A stretch of DNA of 64,000 bases, from the NCBI GenBank assembly GCA_002269645.1, contig NIVC01001233.1:1-64000 (forward strand), written 5' to 3'. The notes under the pieces were generated by a model. It saw only the letters and a list, made by a program, of their open reading frames with translations. It was not told the DNA's origin and did not search any database. Source of the stretch: Macrostomum lignano. Its lineage: Eukaryota. How positions within the stretch are numbered: the stretch's first letter is position 1; every line of letters begins with the position of its first letter. This document shows positions 14,338 through 26,490 of the stretch, one piece after another. Both the position numbers and the translations under genes were made by a program.

Positions 14338-14800
14338 CTCCCAAGTAAAATGCAGAATCTGCAATGGAATTGGAATAGAATAGCACAATAAAATTCAGAA
14401 TCTATAGGGCCTAGCAAAATGGTAAAATATAAAATCAACTGCATAATCCACTGGGCCTAACTTGAAGTAAAATGCAAAACATATAGTTTTGCCTATAGCA
14501 TTTTAACTGTATAAAAAAGATATTATAGGTTCTCTTGTGAATAATATGGCTAATAGGTATTGAAAATTATTATCAATTTCCTTTCTAGAAGTCTGGTAAA
14601 ATTTTGAAAGCTTTATTGTTATAAGATTATATATAATAGATCATAATGCACTTTAGCTAGGGGCCTACTTTGCATGTGTATTTTAGTTAAAGTTAATAGA
14701 TTCCATTGCTCATTCTGCATTTTACCATTCCACTACAGGTTCCGCATTTTAGCAAGCTATTTCATTCTGATTCTGCTGCAGATTCCTCATTTTACCAGGT
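14338..14800. mobile_element. Possible degenerate MITE
   Basis: gtaaaatgcagaatctgca near 14348 is mirrored by tgcagattcctcattttacc near 14778-14797, with internal sub-repeats of gtaaaatg/cattttac. Confidence 0.35.
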
Positions 14801-16099
14801 GCCACACTCAAGTCCTTAGTCCTAAGGCTTTTAAAAATATGTAGACTGACATATAGTCATTAGTCAATATGGCTTTCAGGCTTCAGGCCCCCTTCAGCCT
14901 ACTTCGTTGTCATATACAAAGCACTAGGTCTACTAACATCTTGCTTTTCTATTCTTTATTAGGCCTAGGCTCACATATGCCGTACCTGTAGCTGTAGGCT
15001 GTAGTATAGGCCTAACTGGCCTGCCCTGCCGCCTAGGGCCTAACTGAATAGACTGATCTCGTTTTATTCATTTTATACAAAATAAATGAGCTATCTCAGT
15101 GAGTAATCGCATAATTGTTTGCTTGTTGACTAGGGCCTACACAAAAAACTTCAAGACGTTCTAGAATAAACGACGCTTTTTTCGACGAACGATAACTATT
15201 AATTAATAACGTCTAGATCTATATACACGTTTGTTTTCCAATTTGCAGTCGTCACTGGTGAATATTCTAGAAAATTCTGCCAAAGAAAAATTTAAGAAAT
15301 TGCTTCAAAATCAAATCGTATTGTAAATAAACTAGTTTCTGTACATCGCTAGTCAATTTTAGTCCTTTCTTATTTTTATTACAACGCAGAGTTATTTCTT
15401 TGTTTTAATACTTACTGGTTAGTCTTAATTTGGAAATAGGAACTTTGGTGCCTTTGATCGTCGGTGCATTTTTTAGCGATAAGTTAACAGAAAACCAGCG
15501 CAAAAAAATTGTTTTTGTTCAGACTCTAAACAGAAAAAGGCCTTCACTGAAATTCCTCCAGCAAAGGGTCCTCCCCAGAAGGAATTAATAAAGAACGCTT
15601 CAATTTGAAAGCCAATTAATTAAGTTACATGTATCTAAGAGGTGGATCGACACGTGCTGGTGCTGACGCCACTTGAGACGGCGAAACTCAATAGATTAGC
15701 CTCATCCGGGCCTGAGTCCTCCTCAATGGCTACAATTATGAAAAAAACGGCAACCAACCACCCTCAACTAGCCTAGCCTCGCCCCCCCCCATAGCAACAT
15801 ATTACATCTGATCACGATTCGCATGCACAATTAGAAGAACTGCGACCCAAGTTGTTCCTCTTGCTTGCTTGCTCCTCTGCCGTTGCTAATTAACCAGCCA
15901 CCATTCTTGAGCACCATGCTGTAGGTCCATTGGACTTGACTTGACTTGACTTGACTTGGCTTTCTCGACTCGTCTCGTCTCTTCTGTCCTTGTAATGGCT
16001 ATAGTAAGAAAGGCCAGAGTTTGCTGAGACGAAAGGTGGAGCCCTGCTAGGTGGGCTGATCGATATTTATTTATTTTCAGACTATGAAATAAAATCACG

Positions 16100-19000
16100 C
16101 CACCAGAGTGAGGGGGTGGAGAATCGCCGCACTTGAAGTGCATGAATTGTACGCAAAGCCGATGTACAAGCGTCGCTTTCACAGGTCGCGAGTGGTGAAG
16201 ACTGGGGATTGTCTCATTGACCTGGCGTCCGAAGAGCAGGTTAGCTGGGGCGACTCCTGTCGAGCTGTGCGGCGTGCGCCGGTACGCGGCCAGGTATTCG
16301 TCGACAGCTGCCGTCCAGTCTTTGCCTTCGGTGACATCTGCGCGTATGGCTTTGTTGAGGCCCCTTGTTGCAGCGCTCGGTGGCTCCGTTAGCCTGCGGG
16401 TAGAGCGGCGTGATCCGACGATGGTGGACTCCTTGGTCTTTCAGGAAGCTGGTGAAATCCGAGGATGAGAAAGGCGGCCCGTTGTCGGTTGACACCTTGA
16501 GCGGCTGGCCGAAGATGCTAAACCACCGTCTGAGCACGCGTATGGTGGCGGCGGCCGTTGTGTCTGCCATAACTTCAACCAGCGGAAATCGAGAAAAGTG
16601 ATCGGTGCAGACGAGTAACGACTTTCCTTTGACGGGCCCTAGGAAGTCAAGGCCGAGATCGAGCCACGGCCCATCCGGCAGATCCGTCGGCTTCAAGGGC
16701 GTTGCCTTCGTAGTCGCCTCGCTGTTGCAGGCCGTGCAGCTGATGCAGGTGGCCACATGAGTCTCCACTGCCGAGCGCATGCCGGGCCACCACACCTTTG
16801 ACTGCAGGCGGTCTAGTGTCTTCCGCATGCCTTGGTGTCCTTGACAGGGCAGTTGAAGGCACCGGAACCGCAGCACCCCAGGCACGAACAGCTGGCTGCC
16901 GCGCAATAGGAGGCCATCGTGTTCCGACAGCTCGTGCCTGACGCCTCGGATGTCTTTTAGATCCGCTGCCAGTGCGAATGGCGCGGCATGCAGCCTGCAC
17001 TGTCGGGTCCTGCTTCGAAGCCGCCTTGATCGCTGATATGCTGAGAGACACCGGAGTCGCCGCCTGGATGACCATGGTAACGAACGCTGCGTCGGCCCGC
17101 TCGCCTCCGTTGTTTGGCGGCTGCGGTAGCGGTTGCCGGCTGAGCACGTCGGACGGGTTTCCGGCTCCGGGCTGGTAAACGACGCTGAAGGCAAGGTCTT
17201 GCAGTCGGAGAGCCATGTGTTCAATTCTGCGGCCGAGACCCATGCGGCCGAGATCCTGGGCTGAACATCGAGACGAGCGGTCTGTGGTCAGTTATGACTT
17301 TAAAGTGCTCACAGCCGCTGAGATAATGATGAAATTTTAGGCAGCCATACTTTACTGCGAGTGCCTCGCGCTCGGTCTGCGAGTACCGCTGCTCGGTGGC
17401 GCTGAGGCTGCGGCTCGCGTAGGCCACCGGTCGAATCGAACCATCAGGCTGCACTTGGGCTAGGATGACGCCGGCTCCGGTTGGACTGGCATCGACAATC
17501 AGCTGGGACTGCAGGTCTTTGCTGAAGAATGCCAGCGCCTGGCTACTGGCTATCGTGCGCTTGATGTCGATGAAAGCTGCTTCTTGATGGTCGCCCCACG
17601 TCCACTCTGCCCCGTGCTTTGTCAGATCTCGGAGCGGCCGTGCCCTGTCGGACAGGTTGCTAATGAAGCGAGCGACAAAGGTGACGAGGCTGACCTCGGT
17701 AGCGTTGGTCGGTCTTTAGAAGCAGTTAATGGCCGCCACCTTCTCTGTGCTGGGATGGATTCCGGCTGCTGTGAGGCGCATGGCGAGGAAGTCGACTTCT
17801 TGCTGCGCGAACCTGCACTTCGCCCTGTTGAGAGTGATATTGTGGTCTCACAGCCGCTGCAGACAGTCGCGCAGTCGCTGGTTGTGCTCTTCGACACACT
17901 TGGCGTAGATGAGGATGTCGTCGTGTACCTAGCGCACGCCGGGAGTCCGCTCAGAACAGTCGTCATCACGCGCTGCAGGATTTCGGAGGCTGACGTATAG
18001 CCCATGCAGAGGCGCCTCAGTCGCATAAGGCCTAGTGGCGTTGAGAAGGTCAAGAGCTCCCTCGAATCTTCGGCCACCTCGATTTGATGAAAGGCCTTGG
18101 CGACATCTAACTCTGAGAAACATCTCGTCCGTAACCTCCTCAAATGTGGGAATCGGTTGCTTCTCGGGAATCACGAATTTGTTGACCTCGCGGAGATCCT
18201 GGGTGATGCGGATTCCCTTGTCCCTTGTCGTCCTTTGGAACAGCCACCATTCTTGAGCACCATGCTGCAGGTCCGTGGACACGCTCGATGATGCCCTGAG
18301 CAAGCTGCTCTTCCAGCTCTTTTCTGACGGCGTCTCTGAGGTGCACTGGCACGCGTGACGGTGCTTGGCATGTTGGCGTGGCTTCGGGACGCAGCTTGAT
18401 GGTAACGCGGACGCCTTTGACGCAGCCGATGCCGTGGAACCTATCCTCGAATTCGGTCAGGGCGCTTTGCAGCTGCGGGTTGTCGGTCGGGTGCTGGTCG
18501 TTGATGCTTCGTGACCCGGTGAGACCTGCCACTAATACGGGTTGCTTGTTGGCTCCTGGGCCGACCTGTAGCATGCCGAGCTCGGTGCTGGTCTGTCTTC
18601 CGATGATGGGGTGCAGCTGCTTTTTATGATGATGAAGTTCGGCTGCAGCTTGTGCCCGTTTGCCGACACCATCAGCCTGGCTTGTCCCTCAACGGCCAGC
18701 GGTTGGCTTGCGCCAAGTGGGAAAACCCTTGTGCTGCAGGGCTCGATCCTGGTGCCCGGGTTGCTGATCCGCCTGAAGGTGCACAGGTCGAGCACGTTGC
18801 AGCTCGCTCCGCTGTCGATGAGCGCCCTGACTGCGTGGCCGTTGATGCTGATGACGAACTTTGCGCTCCCGTTCTTGTCTTCCAGCGTGCAGAACACTTC
18901 CTCGTATGACTGGTCGGTCGGTTCGTCCGAGTTGTGGCCAAGTGCGTTGATGCGCGAACGGCTACTGAGACAAAGCCTTAGCGAGGTGGTTCATCTTGCC

Positions 19001-19135
19001 ACAGCTATCGCACTTCTTGCCCTGGGCCTTGTTGCAGCTTCGGTGTCCAGACTCTCCGCAGCGGATGCATTTGCTGTTAGTCTTTGGCGGCTCGCGGGCT
19101 GACCCACCTGGCTGCTTCCTGAGGGCAAGGCCGAT
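16100..19135 (-). mobile_element. Decayed Ty3/Gypsy retrotransposon internal region (gag C-terminus, protease, RT, RNase H, integrase) with frameshifts and stops
   Basis: Zinc knuckles CIRCGESGHRSC and CDSCGKMNH (~18975-19070); protease LIDSGASCN (~18800-18825); RT VHGPAAWCSRMVAVPK, ELDVAKAFHQI, TFSTPLG, *VHDDILIY; RNase H VDASPTG..VAYASRSL..YSQTEREALA..TDHRPL; integrase HQGM..WWPGM..CISC, LGLDFLGP, TDNGPPF, ERCN. Domain order PR-RT-RH-IN. Confidence 0.93.
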
Positions 19136-19555
19136 GTACATATAAATTGGGCTCGCGTGAGCACTACAGATGCTATCTCGTGTCAGACTGGGATCGAGAG
19201 AAGCAAGATCAGAGTGGTTGGAGAAACTGAGAGATCGATAGAACTCAAGAGATAAAGCCTCGCATCAAGTCAATGAGTTAGATCTACAGTACATAGACGA
19301 AAGCTGGGTCAAAAAGAGTACGAACCTATTTTTAATGAGAGCTGGCTGTCCCTTCATCCGCTGTCCTAGATTCTTTCTCTCACAATCTTTTGATATCCCC
19401 TATATCCCTCCCTGTGTACATTATCTCTCAATACCACAATGCTTTGTCATCTGGTCACGGCCTACTGTTCATTCTTCCTGTCATGTCACTTGACTCTTCA
19501 TTTGACTATATTTGACTGTCATTTGACTTCTGAAACTTTCAGAGTCACTACAACA
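19136..19555. mobile_element. Possible LTR (TGTACA...ACAACA) abutting the truncated gag
   Basis: About 420 bp bounded by TG..CA, beginning exactly where gag homology stops. No target-site duplication and no second copy were found in the window. Confidence 0.35.
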
Positions 19556-19639
19556 CTTTCGAACTAACTAATACTTGCACATAAGCATATAAAAGCCCTT
19601 AAGAAGTCCGTGACTTCGTTAACTGCCGTTTCATCAACT

Positions 19640-19860
19640 GGGTTGACGAAGTGACCAAAGATTTAGGGTTACCCTAGTGGTAGTTGACGAAGTGACCAAA
19701 GATTTAGGGTTACCCTAGTGGCAGTTGACGACGTGGCCAAAGATTTGGGGTTACCCTAGTGGCAGTTGACGACGTGGCCAAAGATTTGGGGTTACCCTAG
19801 TGGCAGTTGACGACGTGGCCAAAGATTTGGGGTTATTCTAGTGGCAGTTGACACAGTGAC
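19640..19860. repeat. 41-bp tandem repeat (gttgacgaagtgaccaaagatttagggttaccctagtgg(t/c)a)
   Basis: About 5 copies; a related unamplified sequence lies at 26870-26950. Confidence 0.88.
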
Positions 19861-20561
19861 CGACGGTGCTTATCTTATTATAGACTGTTTGACAAAGTGA
19901 CCAAGCGAGTGTCCCCTCCATTTGTGGATGAGTTGACGAAATGGCAGTTGACGCAATGACTAGGATCCGAAAAAATCTGTCTAGGATCCATTACGTCTAC
20001 ACTGAATGCAAGGACCTTGACTAAATTTTGTCCTTTAGGTTTCTGCGCTTTATACAACAGCGTGAGTTCGAATGTTCCTTTTCGAGCTACAGTCCAGAGT
20101 GCGACACATTACTCATAAATTCTCGCCGTTCTACTTTTTAATTTCATTGTGTTTACAACCTGAAGCAAAACACCTATTTTTTGGACGTTATTTCAAACAA
20201 CCAAAAAACGGAATTTCTCTAAGTAACAACCTTGTAAAATGAATTGCCGACAAGCGTATCATCTCTCATCATTGGCATACAGTTTCGAGGGCATTCGCAT
20301 TCTTGCTTGTTTTTGGGGGGTAGAGCGAAGAACGCGGACCATCTTTTACTTTGTGGCAGGCCTGTCTGTCTAGCCCTCGCCCACGCTTAATAGCATGTCA
20401 ACTATTACTTCAATTGGGGGAGGGGCAATGCCACACTTGCTTGGCTATAAATATACCGCTCTGCAATCAATCCTCCATCCCGCTAAAAACGAGAGTATTA
20501 CCCAAAATTCGTGCTGCTACCTGTCGATAGACTAAGAATTACAGCCATATCAAATACAGTC

Positions 20562-21412
20562 ATGAGTTCATTTCCGTTGCTGAAGAATTGCACCGAAAGC
20601 CAACTGCAAATCCTCCGGGACATGTACGGCAGCGTCTGTCTGGAGGGCGGTTTCTGTCAGGTGACAATTAAAGCTTGAATAATTAGTGATAATCTAACAA
20701 TTATTACTCGCAGGGGAGTTGTAAGAACCCTGGCCCTTTCTGCTGACTCCTGAACACGTCATACATGCACACACGCTCACACAGGATGCACCACGGCCCT
20801 GCCTTTCTAATCGTCATGCAGGCATGTACACTCTGTGCCTTGGAGGTTGGCCCTCATGCTTGTGAATCGCTCAAAACCCCTGGCCAATTTTTCGTACTCA
20901 AAGCCTCAAATTAAGATGAGTGTGCACCGCGGAATCGAACCAGGGGTCGTGGTACGAGAGGCAGCTAGCAAATACCTTTACCTCTGAGCTGCTCCGGCAC
21001 CAAAAATTAGTGTTTTTTATCTGCTAACGGTAACTATCATATAATTGTCCAATTTCACTTGCATCATCGCCTTTAGGCTCTGACAAAAGTGAGAGTCTTC
21101 TGCCAGTGCCCGTCGGGCTGGACCGGGGACGTCTGTGACGAGCCCGACTACGTGCCCATGGTGGGCGCCAGCCTGTCTCAACCGACCCCGAGCGGCTGGC
21201 CGGTTCTGCTCATCCTGGCCGCTGCTGCTGTGCTGCTGGCCCTGCTGGCAGTGGCTTCCTTCGTAGCTGTTTCTATGGCAACTAAGCGACGCCGGCGGCA
21301 CATCGAACTGCTGGTAGCCAGCTCAACCAGCAGCCTGGAGAATGCGGGCAGCCACAATCTGCAATTCGATCAGCTCATTATCGGCGCTGAAGGCGCTCAG
21401 TTGAAGTCCTGA
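20562..21412 (+). CDS. EGF-domain single-pass membrane protein, copy 1; exons 20562-20660 and 21077-21412; 144 aa
   Basis: MSSFPLLKNCTESQLQILRDMYGSVCLEGGFCQ|ALTKVRVFCQCPSGWTGDVCDEPDYVPM, followed by a hydrophobic TM (VLLILAAAAVLLALLAVASFVAVSMA) and the basic stop-transfer KRRRR. Phase-0 GT-AG intron; TATA-like tataaata at ~20446. Confidence 0.85.
20712..21000 (-). mobile_element. tRNA-headed SINE family 2, best-preserved copy, inside the intron of EGF-TM copy 1
   Basis: On the minus strand: A box agctcagaggtaaagg, B box ggttcgattcc, then the body shared with three other copies. Confidence 0.72.
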
Positions 21413-22624
21413 ACTTTTTCTTTGCTTTTTACTGATGCATTGATATACAATATATGTATATATTGATGTATGTTGATATTTTTGGATTCCCTTTAAGATA
21501 ATAACAGATCAATGTGTGTTTCAAATCAAACATCCCATTTCGACAAATTGAGCCATGATACCAGACGTTCATTTAACAATATTTTTTCGACTTAGCATAT
21601 CTCGAACTTGCAACGAATATAATTATGCACTCTTGAAAAATAAAACATTGCAAAGTGTGCGGATTCCTTTCTATGCAATTGGTTTCGGCAGCACGGAACT
21701 GCGAATCGAATGCAGCTACTTTTTGCGTGCGAAGGCAGGTTTTTCCAGACAAGAGGCCATGCAATCGGGATTCGGCCAATCGACATACACTACTGCCTGC
21801 TGACATTCGAAAAGGCGTGCATCAATTGTTCATATTATCGGTAGACTCCAAAATACCCCTCCAAAATCATACAATGGTAAATTGTGTCCATGGTGGTGTT
21901 AGAAGTAGATAATAAGATAGAAGCTCGGTTCACTGGTGGGTTGGGCGTTGCTGCACTTGCGACTGGCGATTAAAATACATTTCAAACAGTACGGTATTTC
22001 TTAGAAACACACGCGGTAAAACAAACTGACAACGTGGATAACAGGCTGAAATAATTATCAAATTAAAATTTCAAAGCTTCCAGCAGCATAAAAATATGAC
22101 CTTAACAACCTTGTCAACCCACCTCAGACTGTAACTGTTCATGTGGAAACTGACGTCTTAATTGGAAAAATAACTTTTCTGCTTTGTAGCAGAATATGTT
22201 CTATATGCCCTACTGCCAGTAGTTAAATATTTTTTGTTATTAGCTTATTGCAATGCGCGTTTAATGCATGCCGCATAGCCCTAATATGCTAGAATGCTTA
22301 AGACTACTTACTCGGTGTCTTAATTCTGCTCATACACGCCATGCGTAACCAAGGGACCACTTTCATAGCCTCAGCCAAAGGTGTAAACACGGTGGGGGTG
22401 CTTGCTCAATTTTGATGATCTGTAACTCAAATGCTATTTTTAGTCCCGGCAGATTCGAAAAGCCCTTGAGCTCTCCTAAAGAGCTGGTAGCAAGTAATGC
22501 TTTGCCCTTGTGCAGTTAAACAGGCGATGCTATTGTGATGCATAAAAGAGGAGCTTACATCGCACAGACGTCAATCAGCGCACGGCAGCTTTAGTCAAGA
22601 ATAACTTAATTTTGGGCGCCCCGA

Positions 22625-22905
22625 TGTGGTGTCAGGGAGTATCTGTTGTGTCAGGGAGTGTCTGTGGTGTCAGGGAGTGTCTGTGGTGTCAGGGAGTGTC
22701 TGTGGTGTCAGGAAGTATCTGTGGTGTCCGGGAGTGTCTGTGGTGTCAGGGAGTGTCCGTTTGTGGTGTCAGGGAGTGTCTGTGGTGTCAGGGAGTGTCT
22801 GTGGTGTCAGGGAGTGTCTGTGGTGTCAGGGAGTGTCTGTGGTGTCAGGGAGTGTCTGTGGTGTCAGGGAGTGTCTGTGGTGTCAGGGAGTGTCTGCATG
22901 GTGTC
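22625..22905. repeat. 19-bp minisatellite (gtggtgtcagggagtgtct)
   Basis: About 14 copies. Confidence 0.93.
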
Positions 22906-23758
22906 AGAGAAGAGCCACTAGAAGACCCAATTTTGTAAAACAACAGGTCTCGAGAAAAATCTCTAGGACTCTGTAGCAATACGAGCGTACCGTGGCCAAT
23001 AAAATCAATGCTAAAAATCAGGGGTCAGCGAATCAGGGGTCCGGCCCGCGGGCCACATGCAGCCAGCAAAGCCTCTTTATCCAGCCCTCGGATCCTCTGA
23101 AGCTTCACAATAGCAATCCAGTCTGCTCAAGCTCCTTTCTCTCATCTCTCCTCTCTTCTTGTCTCCTCTCTCCTCTCTTTCTCTATTCTCTTCCTCTCTA
23201 CTCTTCTCCTTTCTCTCCTCTCTCCTCTCCTCTTGTCTTCTCTCTTCTCATTTATTCCGTCGCCTCCTCTCCTTTCTCCTATCTCTCTTCTCCCTTCTGT
23301 ATTCCCACTTCCTCTCTCCTCTACCTGGTCCGCAGTCATACGAGCTACGCTGGATTCTCTATCTGGCCTTGAGGTGAAACATTTTGCCGACCCCTTGCTA
23401 CAAATGAAAAACTATCAAAACCGAAACTTATGATTGTGCGTCGGCTCACAGCCAGCAGTAAATACATAGCGTGTCCAGCTTGCAGTACTTCTCTCACTCA
23501 TTACCCACCTGCTCAGCCACCCCCGCATTAGCGCATACACGTATTAAAGCAGCGCTCCTGAGCCTGCCGTCCATTCTATGCCCTATTCTATTCTAAGATT
23601 TACAACTAAAACAACTGTCATTTTGCGCCTCTCCTCCGCGCGTCAAGTTACTTCCATCTATACCCTTGACACGACAATAAACTTGATGAACCACAATACC
23701 GGGTAATTAAGCCCTGCTCAATCAAGAAAGAATCAATAAACAAGAAACGGTGCCAACA

Positions 23759-24556
23759 ATGCGAATGACGGTGCCACCGATCACGAACTGCACAGACCGG
23801 GAGCTGACGATACTCGTCGAGCTGTATGGCGGCTTGTGTCAGGAAGGCGGACATTGTCGGGTAAGGACTGCGCAGCTGCCTTAGAGTCCCTGTAAACTGG
23901 GAGTTGAAGGCAATCTACGAGTACAAGTACGACCCTTGAGGCAGAGTAGCTCAGTGGTAAATGCATCTGACTTTTTTTCTCGGCCACCCTTAATTTGGGT
24001 TTATCACACAAATATTGGCGTGGAGATTGCCGGGCAGTTCAACCCCTCGAGGAGTTACAAAGACATGTGCAGTACTTGAAGATGTAAAAGTCTGGATCAA
24101 AGTGTACTACTATGCTACACACCCTAATGAATCCGTGAACAAGTCAGTGGAATTGACATTCTGCTCATCTCCTCGCTAGCTGAGGGGCTAGCTACAGTCA
24201 TTTGTAAGCCAACTAGATAACCAAAGCAACCATGATAACCGATTCCAACCCTATCTTTATTCAAGTCGATTCCTCCGGGACGACTTTTCTGCCAGTGCCC
24301 CACCGGATGGACGGGTGACCTCTGCGACGAGCCGGACTACGTACCCATGGCCAGCTCCGGAGCCGGCCTGAGCGGCCTGCTCTCAATAGTCCTTGTTGCG
24401 GCCTTCCTGCTAGCTATCGTGCTGTTCATAGTTGCCGGGGTGGTCCTTTACCGGCGCAGTCTCAATCGTCACCGCCGTCGCCGACGCCACGAGCCTCAGA
24501 GGGCCGATAAAGCCGAGAGTGTCGCCGTCCTGCCCGTAGAGGAGAATGACACCTGA
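23759..24556 (+). CDS. EGF-domain single-pass membrane protein, copy 2; exons 23759-23860 and 24266-24556; 130 aa
   Basis: MRMTVPPITNCTDRELTILVELYGGLCQEGGHCR|SIPPGRLFCQCPTGWTGDLCDEPDYVPM..LLSIVLVAAFLLAIVLFIVAGVVLY-RRSLNRHRRRRR. Cys spacing and intron position (gtaagg..ttcaag) match copy 1. Confidence 0.83.
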
Positions 24557-25559
24557 CCTAATTGTTATTAATGTACAATCGATTTATCCTATGGCAGTCT
24601 ACAATATTTATCTCATCGCTTTTAGATGTTATTTTTGCAAGATTCTGTACTGATTTGACAGTTTGTATTTATATTATTTTCTGGCTCTTTTTGACTTTGG
24701 AACTCATATTTTACTGAAGTTTCTTTTTACCGTGACTTTTCTACGAGTACGTAAGCCCCGAGTTGCTTGATTTCACTTAGGCGGCCTCCATGTTTGAGTT
24801 CACTGCGGTACACAGCTATGCAAGTGCTGCTATCTTTCCCGTTTATCTTTTACTACGGGCAAACTTTTTTCTGTATATTGCAGTTTAGGGTGCTGCAAAA
24901 AAGTTTTCCAGTTAGAATTTCTCCTTCAGAAGGCCTGTTAATATCCCATGTGTTTGCTCTTTGAGAGCAATTCATCGACTTTAAAAGTAACACGAATTTG
25001 TTTTTCTAGTGAGGTCCCTGGCTTACTGTAACTTCTTCACGAAATATTCGCACTTACTCGAGTATCTCTGAATTTTGATTCTCTTTCTGCATACTGCCTT
25101 TACTTTACTAAACTCGACTGCATTGAGTAATATGGAGCTTGGTGATAGCATTCAAGTAAAATCGAAATTGGCTTTGACTTACGGTCTCATACCTTGTGCC
25201 CTACAAACTGTAAATTTATGAACCTCAGACGTGGGCACAGGCTCCAAGCTCGTCTGTTACAGACGTCGTCGAATGGCTCTGTCCATTGCCTGCATTCATG
25301 GCTTACTCAAGCAGTGCTTCAGACTGCGGGACCGATACTAACAATAAAGCCTAAGGTTTAACACCCTGAGAATTAAAGACAGGTTGGCGTAAGTCGTAAA
25401 GCTTCCTCTGGAAGGCGATAGCAGTGAAGCTTGCCACAAGCTCTACCGTGGCTCGAAAGGCTGTCAGCAGTCTAAGTGTTCAAAATTTTGAAGGACAGCA
25501 TCAGCGGAATAGTCTCAGAGAGCCTCGATGCGATTTTAGCAGTCTTCGGTCTCGATGCG

Positions 25560-26490
25560 CTACTTGGGCAGGGGACGTGACCAGGCTGCGGGTGAGCTGG
25601 CCAGCTCTTCCGAGGCGGACATTGAAATTTGGTGGCTCGCTTTGGAGTCCCACAGTCGGTGCACACTGATCAGGGTCGGAACTCTCGGAGTCGCAGCTGT
25701 GCAAGAGACGATGAGAGTACTGAAGATCGACAAGACTCGGACGACAGGCTACCACCCTGAAGGAGAAGGCGGTTGCGAACGGATGAACCGGACGCTGGTG
25801 CAGCTGCTGCGAGCATGGGTGAACGAGAATCAGCGAGACTGGGATCTTTATCTGCAGATTGCACTGATGGGCTACCGCACTTCAGTCTACATGTCGACTG
25901 GTCAGACATCTTCGGCCGGGAACTGCGGCTGCCACTGGACTTGGCATACGGAGGTTTGGCGCTGGATGCGCACCGTCCTTGTGAATGAGTGGCCGAGCTG
26001 CGGAGCCGGCGCGACAAAACTTGGAGGCAGCGCAACTGTGCCAGAAGGCAGCGTAAGACTGGAGGTGCCACGGCGAGGCATTCAGGGAGGACGATCTGGT
26101 CTGGCAGCACAATCAGGCGCTGAAGCGAGGCGAGAGTCGCAAATTTCATCGATGTTGGACTGGGCCTTGGCGCGTTAAAAAGCAGATCTCGGATGTCACC
26201 TACCGCATTCAGCCCGAGGCCAATGCACGAAAGCAAAGGGTCGTGCATTTTAATCGCCTGCAGCCCCTCAATTGCAGCCAGCGGCGCAACCGCACAACTC
26301 TGACGAGGACGACCTGAGATTTGACGGCGCCCCAGTCGGCGCCCCAGTCGGCGCCCCAGTCGGCGCCCCTGCTAATGTTCAAGCGCATTCAGAACAGCCT
26401 GTATTGTGTCGAAGTGAGAGGGCCCGTGCCCCACCAGAATTTTATGGTGAAGTGTATACTGACACTGACACTATTGACATTGCTTGAGTT
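25560..26490 (+). mobile_element. Decayed Ty3/Gypsy integrase remnant (different family from 16-19 kb)
   Basis: Frameshifted motifs FGVPQSVHTDQGRN, KTRTTGYHPEGEGGCERMNRTL, DWDLYL..ALMGYRTSV, FGRELRLPLDL, WTGPWRVKKQISDVTYRI, VVHFNRL. Confidence 0.85.

Noticed and set aside
15663-15718. Hammerhead-ribozyme-like string CUGA..stem..GAAAC-UCA..UGA-GUC
   Set aside because: The core lacks the required GA of CUGANGA and stem I does not pair; probably chance. An Infernal search with hammerhead models would settle it.
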